Source: Octopus vulgaris (lineage: Eukaryota). From it: 64,000 nt of DNA. Shown one piece after another: positions 35,671-49,342 of this stretch (position 1 is its first letter; each line of letters opens with the position of its first letter). Made by a program: the position numbers and the translations under genes. Under the pieces are notes generated by a model. The model ran no database searches. It was not told the DNA's origin and was given only the letters and a program-made list of their open reading frames with translations. The DNA lies in the NCBI GenBank assembly GCA_951406725.2, contig OX597824.1:36208001-36272000 (forward strand), given 5' to 3'.

Positions 35671-36373
35671 AGAAGCATCAGATGTGGTGTGCAAGAGAGA
35701 CAACTGCGCTGGTATGGTTATGTGTTGTGAATGGATGAGGATAGCTGTGTGAAAAAGTGTCACACCCTAGCAGTTGAGGGAATCTGTGAAAGAGGTAGAC
35801 CCAGGAAAATCTGGGATGAGGTGGTGAAGCATGACCTTCAAACATTTGGCCTCACTGAGACAATAAGTGACAGAGATCTTGAGAAGACTTGGCAAGCCAA
35901 GTGGGACCTTAACCATGGCCTATGCCATTGCTGTATAACCAGCCTATTTAAGAGTATCCTTCAATCATTGGATAATTAACTACGCTTGCGAAGACCTGTT
36001 GAGGCAAGTGAAATTGCTGTTGTGGCCAATGACAGTACCGCCTGGTTGACACCTGTGCCAGTGGAACATTAAAAGCACCATTCGAGCATGATTGTTGCTA
36101 GGGCCGCTGACTGGCTCCTGTGCAAGTGCCATGTAAAAAGCACCATTTGTGTATGGCCGATGTCAGCACTGCCTTACTGGCCCTCGTGCCGGTGGCACCT
36201 AAGAGCACCCACTACACTCTTGGAGTGGCCGGCGTTAGGAAGGGCATCCAGCTGTAGAAACTTTGCCAGATCAGATTGGGGCCTGGTGCAGCCTTCTGGC
36301 TTGCCTGCCGTCAGTCAGACTGTCCAGTCCATGCCAGCATGGAAAGTGGATATTAAATGATAATGATGATGAT
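35671..36373 (+). mobile_element. RTE LINE 3' fragment joined to a SINE-A head
   Basis: MDEDSCVKKCHTLAVEG..GRPRK matches the C-terminus of the 18228 ORF; (GAT)n tail. Confidence 0.9.
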
Positions 36374-36699
36374 GTTTATTTGTGGAAATATAAAATTGCA
36401 AAAAAATCTTTGAGGTTATATCTAGGAGACAACTCATAGTTTTTGCTGTCTTAGAAATAGATACTGGAATAATTGTTTTGAAGCCAACAAAACCATTAGC
36501 AAATCATTGTAAAGATAAAATATTGAAGTGATATCAGTTAAAATTTTATAGAAACCATTTTGAAAAAACGTAACAAAAACAATGCTGGGCTAACAAAATA
36601 TTTACAAATAATTTGCTAATGTTTTTTTTTAACATTAAATTTCTGTCTTGAGTGGGTTTTTTTTACTCCCCAGAAAGTGATGTCAACCCATAAATTGTG

Positions 36700-37365
36700 A
36701 CAGCACAATAGCTATAGTGTTACCAGTTCAAAAACAATTCCAAACTGGAGTTTGTATGCCCAAGATACAAATCTACTTCTGTCTAACATGAGTGAGATAT
36801 TCATACACTAAAAAGATGGATTGCTTAGTGCCTGAAATATCAAGCAAAGAATATAAGTTGTGATTGTGATCAGTACACCACGAAGAAATGATCAAGCTCA
36901 ATAACAAGCTATTAAGCAACAACTACCCCCAAAACATACTATCCACTCTAATTATGAAGAACACCACTGGAAAGTACGAAAACTAAAAGAAGCAGCACAT
37001 GCTAGGACACAACAACCTCCTAAGCAGATCGAGTGCAGATATGAATAGCATAAGGGAGTTGATATAAAGGAAGGATAGGAAAATATTAGATTTATAAGCT
37101 CTAAAATTCACTCCATAATTGCCCACTGGCATATGGCATAGTGGTTAAGAGTGCAGACTACTAACCCCAAGATTCCGAGTTCTATTCTATAATTATAATA
37201 ACATTGAAAAATACTTAGGAATGAGAACCTAGGTTCAAAATTTCCCCAAGACACCTGAAGAAGGCTGGAGGGTATATCAGCCGAAACATTGTGTTAACAA
37301 CAAACAAGATGAGGACAAATATCTGTAAAATGTAAATAATTTCTCATCTCTTAAATATAGAACTG
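36700..37365 (+). mobile_element. Penelope-like element 3' remnant: GIY-YIG C-terminus, tRNA-like box and hammerhead
   Basis: EEHHWKVRKLKEAAH / MLGHNNLLSRSSADMN (degenerate); A box 37134..37144; HHR 37250..37295; 5' boundary approximate. Confidence 0.6.
37250..37295 (+). ncRNA. Minimal type-I hammerhead ribozyme motif
   Basis: gacac-CTGAAGA-a-ggctg..cagcc-GAAA-C-ATT-gtgtt; stem III is one substitution away from the palindrome AACGTT. Confidence 0.65.
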
Positions 37366-38114
37366 TATTAGTGTTATAATTCTCAAACCTAATACTTCTA
37401 ATTCTCTCTGTTCCACAAACCATTTCCATTAATACTTTCCATGCCAAGTTTACATCCATCTGTGTGTTCACCAGTAACTCATAACCAGTCACTGTATTCT
37501 GAAAGGCCTGCTGTGATAATAACTTAAGTCTACTCTTTCAGACATTATTTAGTTGATGGTTAAATTATCTTTTCTGTGCTGAATCAAAGAGCATGTTCTT
37601 TGTGTTTTACTACAAATTGCTCCTTGCTTGAATTTGTGACAGTCAGTTTTGTGTCCATATTGCAGGTGGTTGTTCTAATCAGGAAAATGTTCTTTCAGTT
37701 AATTGCTTGTTCGTTTCTGACTTTTTCTTTCTCAAATGTGTTTCCTTTCCAAGACTTTCAACTATGATATCTATTATTATTATCACCATTAACAAATGAA
37801 TTTGATGTTTAAAACCATTAAAGATTGATGAGTTACATATGATTTTGATTTCATCATCATTGTAATGACTACTTTTCCAAGTTTGCATGAGTCAGTTTTT
37901 TTACAGCTGGATGCCTTTCTTGTCATCAACCTCTACTATCAAATGAAGTAATAATCTGCTATAGCAAACCCCAGAGATGGTTATATGTAGAACTGGAAAA
38001 AACAACACCATATGAACAAGCCTTTTGCTTACAAAGATTGCACATGTTAAGAAGCAATGATGTGCTTTTGTGGTGGACTGTAAACAAATGACTATAGTTT
38101 ATAATCAGTGAACA

Positions 38115-38152
<38 letters not shown>

Positions 38153-38914
38153 CAAAGAAAATACAAACTTTCTCATCCATGCACACACACATATATGCAT
38201 ACATGTATATGACAGTGAAGGCGCATGGCTCAGTGGTTAGAGCGTCGAGCTTACAATCGTGAGGTTGTGAGTTCAAATTCCAGACCAGGCTGCATGTTGT
38301 CTTCTTCAGCAAGACGCTTTATTTTACATTGCTCCAGTTCACTCAGCTGTAGAAATGAGTTCCGAAGTCACAGGTGCCAAGCTGTATCGGCCGTTGCCTT
38401 TCCCTTGGATAACACTGGTGGTGTGGAGAGGGGAGGCCGGTATGCACGGGCGACTGCTGGTCTTCCATAAACAACCTTGCCTGGACTTGTGCCTGGGAGG
38501 GTAACTTTCTAGGTGCAATCCCATGGTCAGTCATGACCGAAGAGGGTCTTAGCAGCTCAGCATATATATGACAGTTTCTGTCTGCCAAATCCTTTTGAAA
38601 GACTTAGGGTGGCCTGGGGTTATATTAGAAGACATTTGCCCAAGGTGCCATGTATTAAGACTGAATCCAAATCCATATGGTTGAAAAAGAAACTTCTTAA
38701 CCATGACAATATTTATTATATATCAATAAAGCATGTGAACTGGAGAAATATTCATAACATCTAAAAAAATTATAAAAAGGGCCTCCTACCATGTAAGTTC
38801 ACTTTAACAAATTCTGTCTGACACATGCGAGCCGAAAAAAGTAGACATTCAACAATGATGATGGTGATGATGTTATTACTCATAAAGTAATATAACATTT
38901 AATTTTCATTTCAG

Positions 38915-38957
38915 TATGATACTTTCACTCTTAACCGGAGAACCTGAAATTGCTTGA
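38915..38957 (+). CDS. CNIH4: CNIH4 terminal exon
   Basis: tttcag|(N)MILSLLTGEPEIA*; phase compatible; spliced protein is 146 aa. Confidence 0.9.
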
Positions 38958-41900
38958 ATTACATGAGACAGCAGTGGCATTAACTTGTACAACAGAAGCT
39001 CCTGATAAACTCCCGTAAATTATGTCTAGATGTCTCCCTCTCACTATCTTCCAACTATCCTTGTTAGTGTCATCTGGTTACAATGGTTCTGTTGACTGAT
39101 TTGCTTTAATTCTTATTTTGGTGTATGTATGATACAGCTATCATATGATCTTTTTTTTTTTCCGTATTCTGCTCTCAGCAATCTGAAGAATTTTAATCAC
39201 TGTTTTGTACCATGAGTAAAATTCTTAAGATACTTCTCTACTTAAGAAAGATGACTTGTCATTTTTATGTGACAACTTGATAATTAGCCAAGCGTATTGG
39301 TAACTGACAGGATAAAAGACATCTTGATAAATGCTGTATATCACCCCCACCTACCCACTTTGATTCTCCATTTATTTCATAAGTCACCAATGTAGGATGA
39401 CTGTACATTTCTGATCCTTATATGCCATGCACCAAGTGGAGTTTATTAAATAAGTCTTCAGGAATACATAAAGACATTTTAGTGCAATATTATTCCAGAT
39501 ATGTAGTTTATTATTATGATTATTTAAACCTCTTTTTGTTCCAATGTCCATGTTTACAATTATTTTACAATCACTCCAGCTTTACCTTCAGTTGACTCAA
39601 ACTGTTGTTAAGAATATAATTTTTTGAAATATTTAGGAATTTACCAAATCTTTTTTTGAATTTCTTTCAAATCAGCTCCATTCAAAGACTGACATTATTG
39701 AAGCTAAGAGAACATTTACTGAATTTTGTTTCAGTTAATCTAGCTTTTAAAATTAAAAATCAAAATATTTTGAAAATGAACAAAAAAGATCATTTGTGAA
39801 AAAAAAATTTTCTCAAATACAATTTTGTAGGGCACTTTAAAATTATTTTGATATATATTTTTATTATTAATGGTTATTAAGAAGTTTATCCAAATTGATA
39901 ATCTATAGACTAAATTTATGATAATTAATTCTTTTTAACCAAAGAAAATCACAAATATTTTTTGTGTTTAAGAAAAGAATGTAGAAATACGTTTCAGAAT
40001 TAATTGTTAAATATGCAAATCAATTGATAAGGATAGCAGTCTAATCAATAAATTTAGGAGTCTATAAATCATTAGATAAGGATAGCAACCTAATTAATAT
40101 TTTGGGAGTTAATTATTTATTAAATATGCAAATCAGTCAGTTAATGGTAGCAGTGTAATTAATATTTTTATCACTCTGCTCAACCTTCCAAATAGCTGTT
40201 TGCTGCTTTTCCCTATCACTTAGTGTTGTAATCCTCTTTCAAAAAGTATACTTCACACTCTGTAACATTATTTATAAAGGAAATATAGCTTACTTTCCAG
40301 GAAAATATATAAACTATTATGTTGTGTTAATAAGTCTATAATTTCTCCTCTGATGAACTCTGAAGTAAAATCCAATGCTTTTAAATAGTATTGATAACTG
40401 CTCAATGGTCACAACACATTACTAAACTTCTTTCAGTACACTTGTTTCTGCATCACCTTTTTTCACCTGTAATTATTGGATATCTGTCCCACCGATTGGA
40501 AATTAATGCTTTTTATCCTTGACTACTGTTCAAAGGTTATCTAACAGTGTCACATAAATGAGCCATGGAATAAAATATCACTATTTTTCACTAAATAAAT
40601 ATTTGTATCATTTTCTGTAGTTGGTTCTTCTTGAAATGAGTGAATTTTCTATTTGTTCAGTTTTTGGTTCAGTTTATTTAAATTTCAGCACCAAACAAAC
40701 TCTTAAGGTAGATTCTGGTTTTGCTCTTATTTCTTCATGTCTGTGCTCAGCTGTTCTCTTTTGAACAAATCAGAAATGATAAAATTGACATATGTTGGCA
40801 GGTTAATTGAATCTTTTCCTGTTCATATTTGAGCAAATAGTTTACAATAGACTTGATGGTAAAAATGAAATTAGAAGCATCATCATCATTGTAAATGATG
40901 CAGATACAGAACCAGTTTTATCAAGGAATGGTAAACATGGTTCTTTAGAATTAAGAGACCCAGTGACTTGATAAACAGATTTAGAGATATAGCAGTTTAC
41001 TAATCTGAAGGTACCATCACATCCTGCACTACTAATTTACTATCTAAGATTGTAAGTTTAGATGTAGACCTTTCTAGACTAATACTCCCTGACCCAGGTT
41101 GACTACTAAAAGATATTTACACTCTAAAAATAGCTACTTGTCAATATATCTTGAAAAATCTTGGTTTCACTGATAGCTGTCACATCAATGTCATAGTAAC
41201 CTTGTTTCCAAGCTATATAGATTTATATACTTTACTCTGAATGTAACTAGGTTGGTTGGGAGAAAAGTAAAAAAGGAGAGGCCACTTACATTAGTTTTTG
41301 AAGAACAGGCAGCCGAGTCTTCTTGCAGTCAGTGTGTCTTTGAGAGGCCTCTTTGAAATGTTATTGTTTTTTTATGAAATTACCAACATTTTAAATTATG
41401 TTGGTTCAAAAGTTGTTACAATATGATTGCAACCATTCAACCAATTTACAGGAATAAAGAGAGACACAGAATGGTAATAAATGTAGAGGGTGGCGAGCTG
41501 GCAGAAACTTTAGCACGCCGGACGAAATGCTTACCGATATTTCGTCTGCTGCTATGTTCTGAGGTCGACTTTGCCTTTCATCCTTTCGGGGTCGATTAAA
41601 TAAGTACCAGTTATGCACTGGGGTCGATATAATCGACTTAATCCGTTTTTCTGTCCTTGTTTGTCCCTTCTGTGTTTAGCCCCTTGTGGGTAGTAAAGAG
41701 ATAGGTAATAAATGTAGTATATAGATAGAGAGGGAACTAAAGAAGTGAATCTAGATTGGAAAAGCAATGATTTATGTTTCAATCTATCGATATTCTGCAC
41801 TCCATTTGGTCTGCATACCTCCTATACACATACAAACCGGGTGGATTGGTTGTAATTGAGAGAAATTGAATGGAAATCCATGAATCAGAGTGAAAACCCA

Positions 41901-43639
41901 TTAATAATTGTCAATAAACACCAATCTTTATCTTTTACCTTTTATTTATTTTGGTAATTAAACTGTGGCTATGCTGGGGCACCACAAAATAATTTTTAGT
42001 CAAATGAATTGACCCCAGTGCATATTTTTTTGAAGCCTGATAGTCTATTGATCTCTTTTGTGGAACCACTGAGTAACAGGGATGTAAACACACCAACACC
42101 ATTTGTCAAGCAGTTACAGGGAATAAAGACACAGATACATTTATACATCAGGCTTCTTTCAGTTTCCCTCTACCAAATCCACTTACAAGACTATAGTAGA
42201 AGATACTTGCACTAAGTACCAAACAGTAGGACAGAACCTGGAACCATGTGGATGAGAAGCAAGCTACTTACCACACAGTGCCATGCTTGCATCTATAATG
42301 GATAAATGTTGTCAATTACATGAAGCTAATAGTTTATGTAATAGCTATTCCAACCTGAATTCTCAGTTCACCGATTCATGTGGATCCCAATGGTGTGGCA
42401 TCATATGCCAATGCAATTGAAGAGTCATAGTCTCATAAAAAAGGAAATATGCCATTTTTGAAACTTGAGATAATTTATTCAAAACTTATTTACAAGTTTA
42501 CCTGGCACCATTCACATCAAGTACATAAGACATTACCAACTTATAAAATTATACTTTGGTTTATGAATTTAAATCATATTTTACCAATTATTGTATATCA
42601 TTTCCTAAACAAGTAAAAAAAAAACCCCACCCCCACCTCACCAAGAGTATGTAACAAAAAGAAATAATGTTGCATCCATTGTCCATGTATTTAAACTTTA
42701 ACATCTATTCATAACAGACATAAGATTGATTATCTGTTCACAACTGCTAACCTTATTCATCAAGGTATTCACTGACAAAATTATATATTATATGTGTATG
42801 TGTGTTTGTTTTCATGAGTGTCTTTGTTGTATGTCTGTTTTTGTATATGTATATATATATATCTCTGTGTCTTTTGCATGTATATCATTTTCTTATTGAC
42901 AGTTGTTTAGCAACAGAAGTAATTTTCTTTGTCATACTGATATAATGAGTAACAAAATACTTTTACTTTGAGGGTCTAGAGCCTAGAAATGTACAAAATT
43001 ATTTTATGCAAAAAGAAGGCAATGAGCTAGCAAAATCACTAGCATGTCAAAAATTGTTTGTGGTATTTTTTCTGGCTCTTTATATTCTAAGCGAAAATTC
43101 CACACAGGTTAACTTTGCCTTTCATCCTTTCAGGGTCAATAAAATAAAGTAGCAGTACACATAAAATATCAACTAACCCCTCCTATCAAAACTGTTGGCC
43201 TTGTGCTGAAATCAGATATCAATATTTGAGGTAAAGAGTAAATTAGTAAGAAGCATTCTATTGCTATAATGTACAGTTTTCTCAAAAATCCAGGAACACA
43301 CTAACAGACTTTAAATTTTAGTATTATAAGGCAAGTTTATACAGGAAAGTCTGCACATTGGTCATAACAGTAAAGATGAAAAAAATTATCAGAAACAATG
43401 TTTTTATGATATAAAAAATACTGCATTTGTTCCTATAAGAACCTAAGTACAATACACAGCATTAAGAGTTATGAAATCCAAGAAAAATCTCATGCATAAT
43501 AAGCACATTTTAAAAGCATAATGAAATATAGAAAAAGTGTTTGAGAGAGACTGGTGATTTTTTTTTTGTTTTGTGGAGAACAAATGAAAGGAGGTGGAAT
43601 GAATGAATCACAATTGTTAGTGATGGTGCATTTGGATTC

Positions 43640-46170
43640 TCCAATAAACAATATTATTCAAATTCTTCATGGAATGCCCAGTTGACATGCAGACAATCTA
43701 CAGATAACTGCATCAAATTGTTTCCAATATCCAGTCTTATGAATGTTTCCTTAAAAATCACTCAACTCTTTCACTCAAATGCCGCATGAATTGGGATCAA
43801 AGATAATTTCACTTGATTCTGTTGGTAACTTCATCAGAATAAATAATATGAATATCCAGTTGTGCTGAAAAACTGAATTTTTTAAACAACTCATCAAAAC
43901 AGGTCACAAACTTGGGTAGCAGTCTAGTGCCTTTTGGTGCTAATTCACTCATGGTATCTGCTCTAAAAACAAAAGATGTTAAGCTGTGATTTATAATGCA
44001 GCTTAGCTTCATTGACGAGAGAAAATTCTTTGGCAATACTGCTACCAGGGAACATTGCTTGAAGCAATTCTGACATACCGCCTGAACTGTCCCAACTGTG
44101 GTGCTTGTAGACAACATGAAAGGCACACAGTATCTTACATTTAACAACTTGTTTGAATTCCCTCTTGATGACAGCTTGTACTATAGACGTGGTGGATTGA
44201 CTTGGCTTGCTTGACTGAGCAGAATTATCAGTGCTTGATGATAAGTTACATTTATTTGGTTGATTTAACGGAACAGTTTTAATCAATGTTACATCTTGAA
44301 ACTCCAGAATCGACAGAACTGGCAGCAGATGTTGAGTTTCCAGAGATGGAAACAGAATTCTTATGTATACCACTTGTTTCTGTTAAAATTCTATTATCTG
44401 GCAAGAGGCCCTTCAATGTGCAATTTTATTGCACTGGTAACTATCTTGTTCAAATTAAGCTTACCACTCTTAGAAATTCTGCAAATAATATCATCAGCAA
44501 AACCAGTAGAAACTGGCTGGATCCATCTAGTAATATCCAGATACAGGGAACTGTTTTCCCTATCTGTATTGTATTGAGTTTTTCCTGGAACTCTCATTAT
44601 CTTATCCTGAGAAAAATGAGAGAAAGAAAGATGTTAGTACCGTTTAACAAAGTAAACAAGTAACACCCCAAAAAGTTTACATATGACATGTAAAAATTGA
44701 AAAAAATGTTAAAAAAAAAATTGACAGGTGTGGCTGTGAAGGTGCAGGTGTGGGTTTGTGGTAAGGAATTTGTTTCTCAACCACATGGTTCTAGGTTCAG
44801 TCTTACTGCATGGCACCTTGAGTTTTTTTCCATTATACTCTCAGGCTGACCAAAGCCTTGTGAGTGGATTTGGTAGATAGAAACTGAAAGAAGCCCATCA
44901 AGTATATGCACACACATATCTTTATATTTCTTTTTCCTTGCCAACTAAACACACGCACAATATATATATGAGACTTGTTTATTATTGTTCTGATTTTATG
45001 TCCATTGTCTGGAAATCTTTTGCCACACATCCTGTGACTTCTTCAACGACTATCCATCCCCTATATTTCCTGCTCTGTTTAGTCCATTCTAAACGTGAGA
45101 TGAGTAGCTGAAGCGGTTATGGGATGTGTGACAAAAGATTTTTGGACAATGGACATACAATAAGAACAACGATAGACAAGTGAAGAACGAATATATAGTG
45201 TGTGTATTTATTTGTGAAGAAAAAAAAAATGGCCATCCTGAAATATAACAATATCTGTTACAACACATGATTTCACATCAGGAATATTGCAAAACAAATA
45301 TATAAACGTATATATACTTAAAAGTACAAAGTGAGATAGGGGTTATGAGTGTAATCCACTATGGGATATCAGTTATCCAATATACTGCTGGTGAAGCACC
45401 CAAATGCCAAATACATATATGCTTATAATTGCAATGCAATTAATCCATTTATTGTATCAGATAGGTGAAGGTAAAATATTTTACCTCAAATTCATAATAC
45501 AAACAAGAAAATGGAGGAACAAATTCATTTCAATCATCGATTTACAGATATTACCAATTCATATTATTTATTAACTACATAAATAGGAACATCTAAATCC
45601 AACAAAACAAAACAAAGGATGTTCCTATTTATGTAGTTAATAAATAATATGAATTGGTAATATCTGTAAGTTGATGATTGAAATGAATTTGTTCCTCCAT
45701 TTTCTTATTTGTATTATAAACGTATATATACTTATATATATGTGTGTGTCTTTGTGTCTTTATATGTACCCCACCACCGTTGACCATGAGTGTTGGTGTG
45801 TTTACGTCCCTTTAACTTAGTGATTCAACAGAAACGATCCCAATGGAACAGGTATCTGAATATGTCATGGTATAGGATGCAGAATGTTGTCTTAGGACTG
45901 TGACTTCCTCTTTTCAATGATGAGTTTCCAGAGATGGAGACAGAATTATTATGTATGCCACTTATTTCTGTTAAAATTCTATTATTTGGCAAGAGACCCT
46001 TCATGTGCGATTTTATGAAGGATATCAACCAGTCACCAAAAAGTATACTGAACACTAAGTTATTTTCTGTTACTATATCAAGTCAGTGTTTCTCTAACCA
46101 ATAAAATATTAGCTTCTTTAAAGCTCAACAGATGGTGTTACAAGATTTTATGCAACTGGCAGATGTGAAA
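43640..46170 (-). mobile_element. Degenerate hAT-like transposase, interrupted by younger insertions
   Basis: SELLQAMFPGSSIAKEFS, IINHSL, FVTCFDE..QLDIHIIY, SQFM, QLSVDCLHVNW (SMDGPNVN-like); BED-finger-like remnant IKSHMKG near 46000. Confidence 0.65.
45321..45717. mobile_element. Insertion with an internal 100-bp-arm hairpin and a 20-bp target-site duplication
   Basis: Arms 45494..45593 and 45618..45717; TATAAACGTATATATACTTA at both 45301..45320 and 45715..45734. Confidence 0.8.
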
Positions 46171-46676
46171 CATTGTTGTCACATTGAGTGAGAGTAAATG
46201 TGAATGTTCAGAGCCTGTGTGTACCAGTGTTAACTTAGTGATCATAAAAGTAAATATTGATACAATATTTACTCATAGTATCTTATTTATTTCAACTTTA
46301 GTCTCTGTGTTTTTGTCACTATATTGTTCATCTATTTCTACATTAGCTCTATAATTATTTCGGTTAAATAAAAATATCCTGTTGCAAACAAAAAAACAAA
46401 ACAATATGATATAATTTTTCACAAATATAGAATTGTGTTGATTTATTCTTTCAGTGTAAAAAATAATTAGAATGTATTTGTAGAATAGTGCATGACAGAA
46501 GGTGGCCAGCTTTTGGCCGTGTAGCAGAAAAATTAGAACAATTTCCGATGATTAATGAACCCTTTCTAAGCAGAAAACCCTCATATATTCTATCAATTCC
46601 AAGAAATGATCTTTTGAAAACATTAACACGTCAAATAGCAATAAAATCATGAATTTTACAATACCCCTCAAATAAA

Positions 46677-47090
46677 CCACAAGTCCAGATCTGTTGCAAT
46701 GACCCACAAGTCCAGATCTGTTGCAATGACCCACGAGTCCAGATCTGTTGCAATGACCCACGGCTCCAGATCTGTTGCAATGACCCACGAGTCCAGATCT
46801 GCTGCAATGACCCACGGGTCCAGATCTGTTGCAATGACCCACGAGTCCAGATCTGCTGCAATGGCCCGCAAGTCCAGATCTGTTGCAATGACCAGCAAGC
46901 CCAGATCTGCTGCAATGGCCCACAAGTCCAGATCTGTTGCAATGACCCACAAGTCCAGATCTGTTGCAATGACCCACAAGTCCAGATCTGTTGCAATGAC
47001 CCACAAGTCCAGATCTGCTGCAATGGCCCACAAGTCCAGATCTGCTGCAATGGCCCACAAGTCCAGATCTGTTGCAATGGCCCACAAGTC
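46677..47090. repeat. 27-bp minisatellite, about 15 copies
   Basis: Unit CCACAAGTCCAGATCTGTTGCAATGAC; contiguous, no spacers. Confidence 0.97.
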
Positions 47091-48198
47091 TTTATATTTT
47101 CTATTTGTAGTGATTATGAGTGGTTATGTGTCTTATGTGTAGCTCAAGCATGATTCCTTTCCCATAATTGTTAAACTTGGAAGCAGTTTATGCAAAAGTA
47201 TCTTATATGTGAACGTATATGGTACACTATTTGTTAGTAATAAATATATTTTTATGCAAAGTTTTTTCAATATGTATAAGTTTTAATGTACAGGTATGGC
47301 AGTGAGATGGCTTGAATGCAGAATATTTATGAAAGAAATGAAGTGAGAATGCTCTGCTGTAATGTCAGCGTACATGAACATTAGAATAGAAATGAGCTGA
47401 AAGAAAAGCTGGGTTTAAGAGGAATCAGAAGTAGTGAGCAACAGAGAATACAGCACTGGTATTGTATGTGAAGTATATTGTGGATGACAGCTGTATAAGA
47501 AAGTGTCAGAGTGAATGGAACCTGTGGAAGACAAAAAATGAGGAAGACTTGGGGCAAGCTAGTGAAACCTGCTCTCAAGTTCTTACATTTCATGAAAAAG
47601 ATGACAAAGGACAGTGCTGACTGATATTGAGGACTTGCAGGAGAAGACCCAACAACCCATGTATGCAGGGTGAAATGCTAAATTCGGGGTAGCATTGGAG
47701 GTTAGCATCTATGTGTGTGCATGTGTATCATTATTCTCTTTTAACGTCCATATTTCATGCTGGCATGGGTTGGACGGTTTCACCAGAGCTGATGACCCAG
47801 TGAGTTGCACCAGGTTCCAGTCTGATTTGGCTTGGATTCTACAGCTAGATGCCCTTCCTAAGCCAACCACTTTACAGTGCGTACTGGGTGCTTTTAACGT
47901 GGTACCGGCATTAGCGTTTTTACATGGTGGCAGCACGAGTGCTTTTTACGTGGTACTGGCACAAGGTCTTGCAGGCCAATCCTCTTCATCAGCAAGAAAA
48001 ACATTAACAGTTCTGCTGTGGAGGACAGGTCTTCTTGAGTACAGTGCAGTGCCAGATATCTTGGACCTTTGTCATCTCCTCAGAAAGGTTCAGTGTCATG
48101 AGGTTGTCCTTCAGTACTTTGTTCCATGTCTTTCTGGGTCTCCCTATTCTACAAGTTCCATCCACTTTGAATGATCAGCACTTCTTTATCACTCACAT

Positions 48199-48232
<34 letters not shown>

Positions 48233-49256
48233 CATCATTGTTTAACGTCCACCTTCCATGCTGGCATGGGTTGGACAGTTACAACTAGTACCCTCCATAA
48301 AGGGGTTAGGGAATGATTAGAAATGGAAGCAGATTTGAGATGAGCCTCTAGTCTCATGTTGACAAGAACATGACGACTCTCCAAAGCTTGTGCCATGATA
48401 AAAAGTACTCAATACACCTTGTAAATCGTTGGTCATAGGAAGGGCACCGGTTTATGAGGGAAGGGCTCCCAATAAGTACTTGAGCCATGGCAATTCATCT
48501 AACTCATGCCAGTATGGAAAGCAGACATAAAAACAGTGAAGATGGTGATGGTGATGATGTTAACATTAACAGCATTGTACTTTCCAAATCTATGCTGAAT
48601 CATTACCCACTGGAATTTAAGGTTGCAACAGTATTTCCATCTACTTTGTCTGGCTTCTACATCAAATCATGTCCAGCTTGGCTGGACCTGTTTGGTATAA
48701 TACATTTAATGTTTGGAGTCAAGCAGGCACAGGAACTTTTTCTTCACAAATTTAATCTTTTTTTTTTCATATTTCTCTTCAAATGCAAAACTCACCCAGT
48801 ATTCAATTCTCTCCTTAATAACTGCAACCCCATGAACATTGTAATGATGTGTGTATGTGTTGGCATGTAAAAGCACCCACTATACTCTTGGAGTGGTTGG
48901 CATTAGGAAGGGCATCCAACTGTAGAAACTCTGCCAGATCAGATTGGAGCCTGGTGCAGCCATCTGGTTTGCAAGTCCTCAGGCAAATCGTCCAACCCAT
49001 GCCAGCATGGAAAGCGGACATTGAACGATGATGATATATATATATATATATATGGATGTGTGTATTTTCCCCTTGTTTACAATTAACATGGAAAAAATAA
49101 ATAAACAGTTACCAGGGCAGCAAAAAATCACACAAGTAATAAGGACGTAACACCCTGTTTGTGAAGGTAGAAACTCTGGGTTGATGTGAAATATTTTATA
49201 TAATATATATAAATAAATAAATGGAGTTAAATGCAAGTGTTATTCAAATTCTGTTA

Positions 49257-49342
49257 CTTCCGACATGTTTCGAAGACAACACTGGTATTATTCCAAAAGG
49301 AATAAAATGGTGTAAAACAATATAATCTTCTCATCAGGGAAA
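49257..49342 (-). ncRNA. Intact minimal type-I hammerhead ribozyme
   Basis: tttcc-CTGATGA-gaaga[extended hairpin]tcttc-GAAA-CAT-GTC-ggaag; palindromic stem III ACATGT; GUC triplet at 49262..49264. Confidence 0.82.

Noticed and set aside
46677-47090. CRISPR-like array
   Set aside because: The repeats are contiguous with no unique spacers, there are no cas genes, and the context is eukaryotic
46552-47142. Repetitive ORFs as real proteins
   Set aside because: A 27-bp unit without stops opens several frames; no splice or homology support
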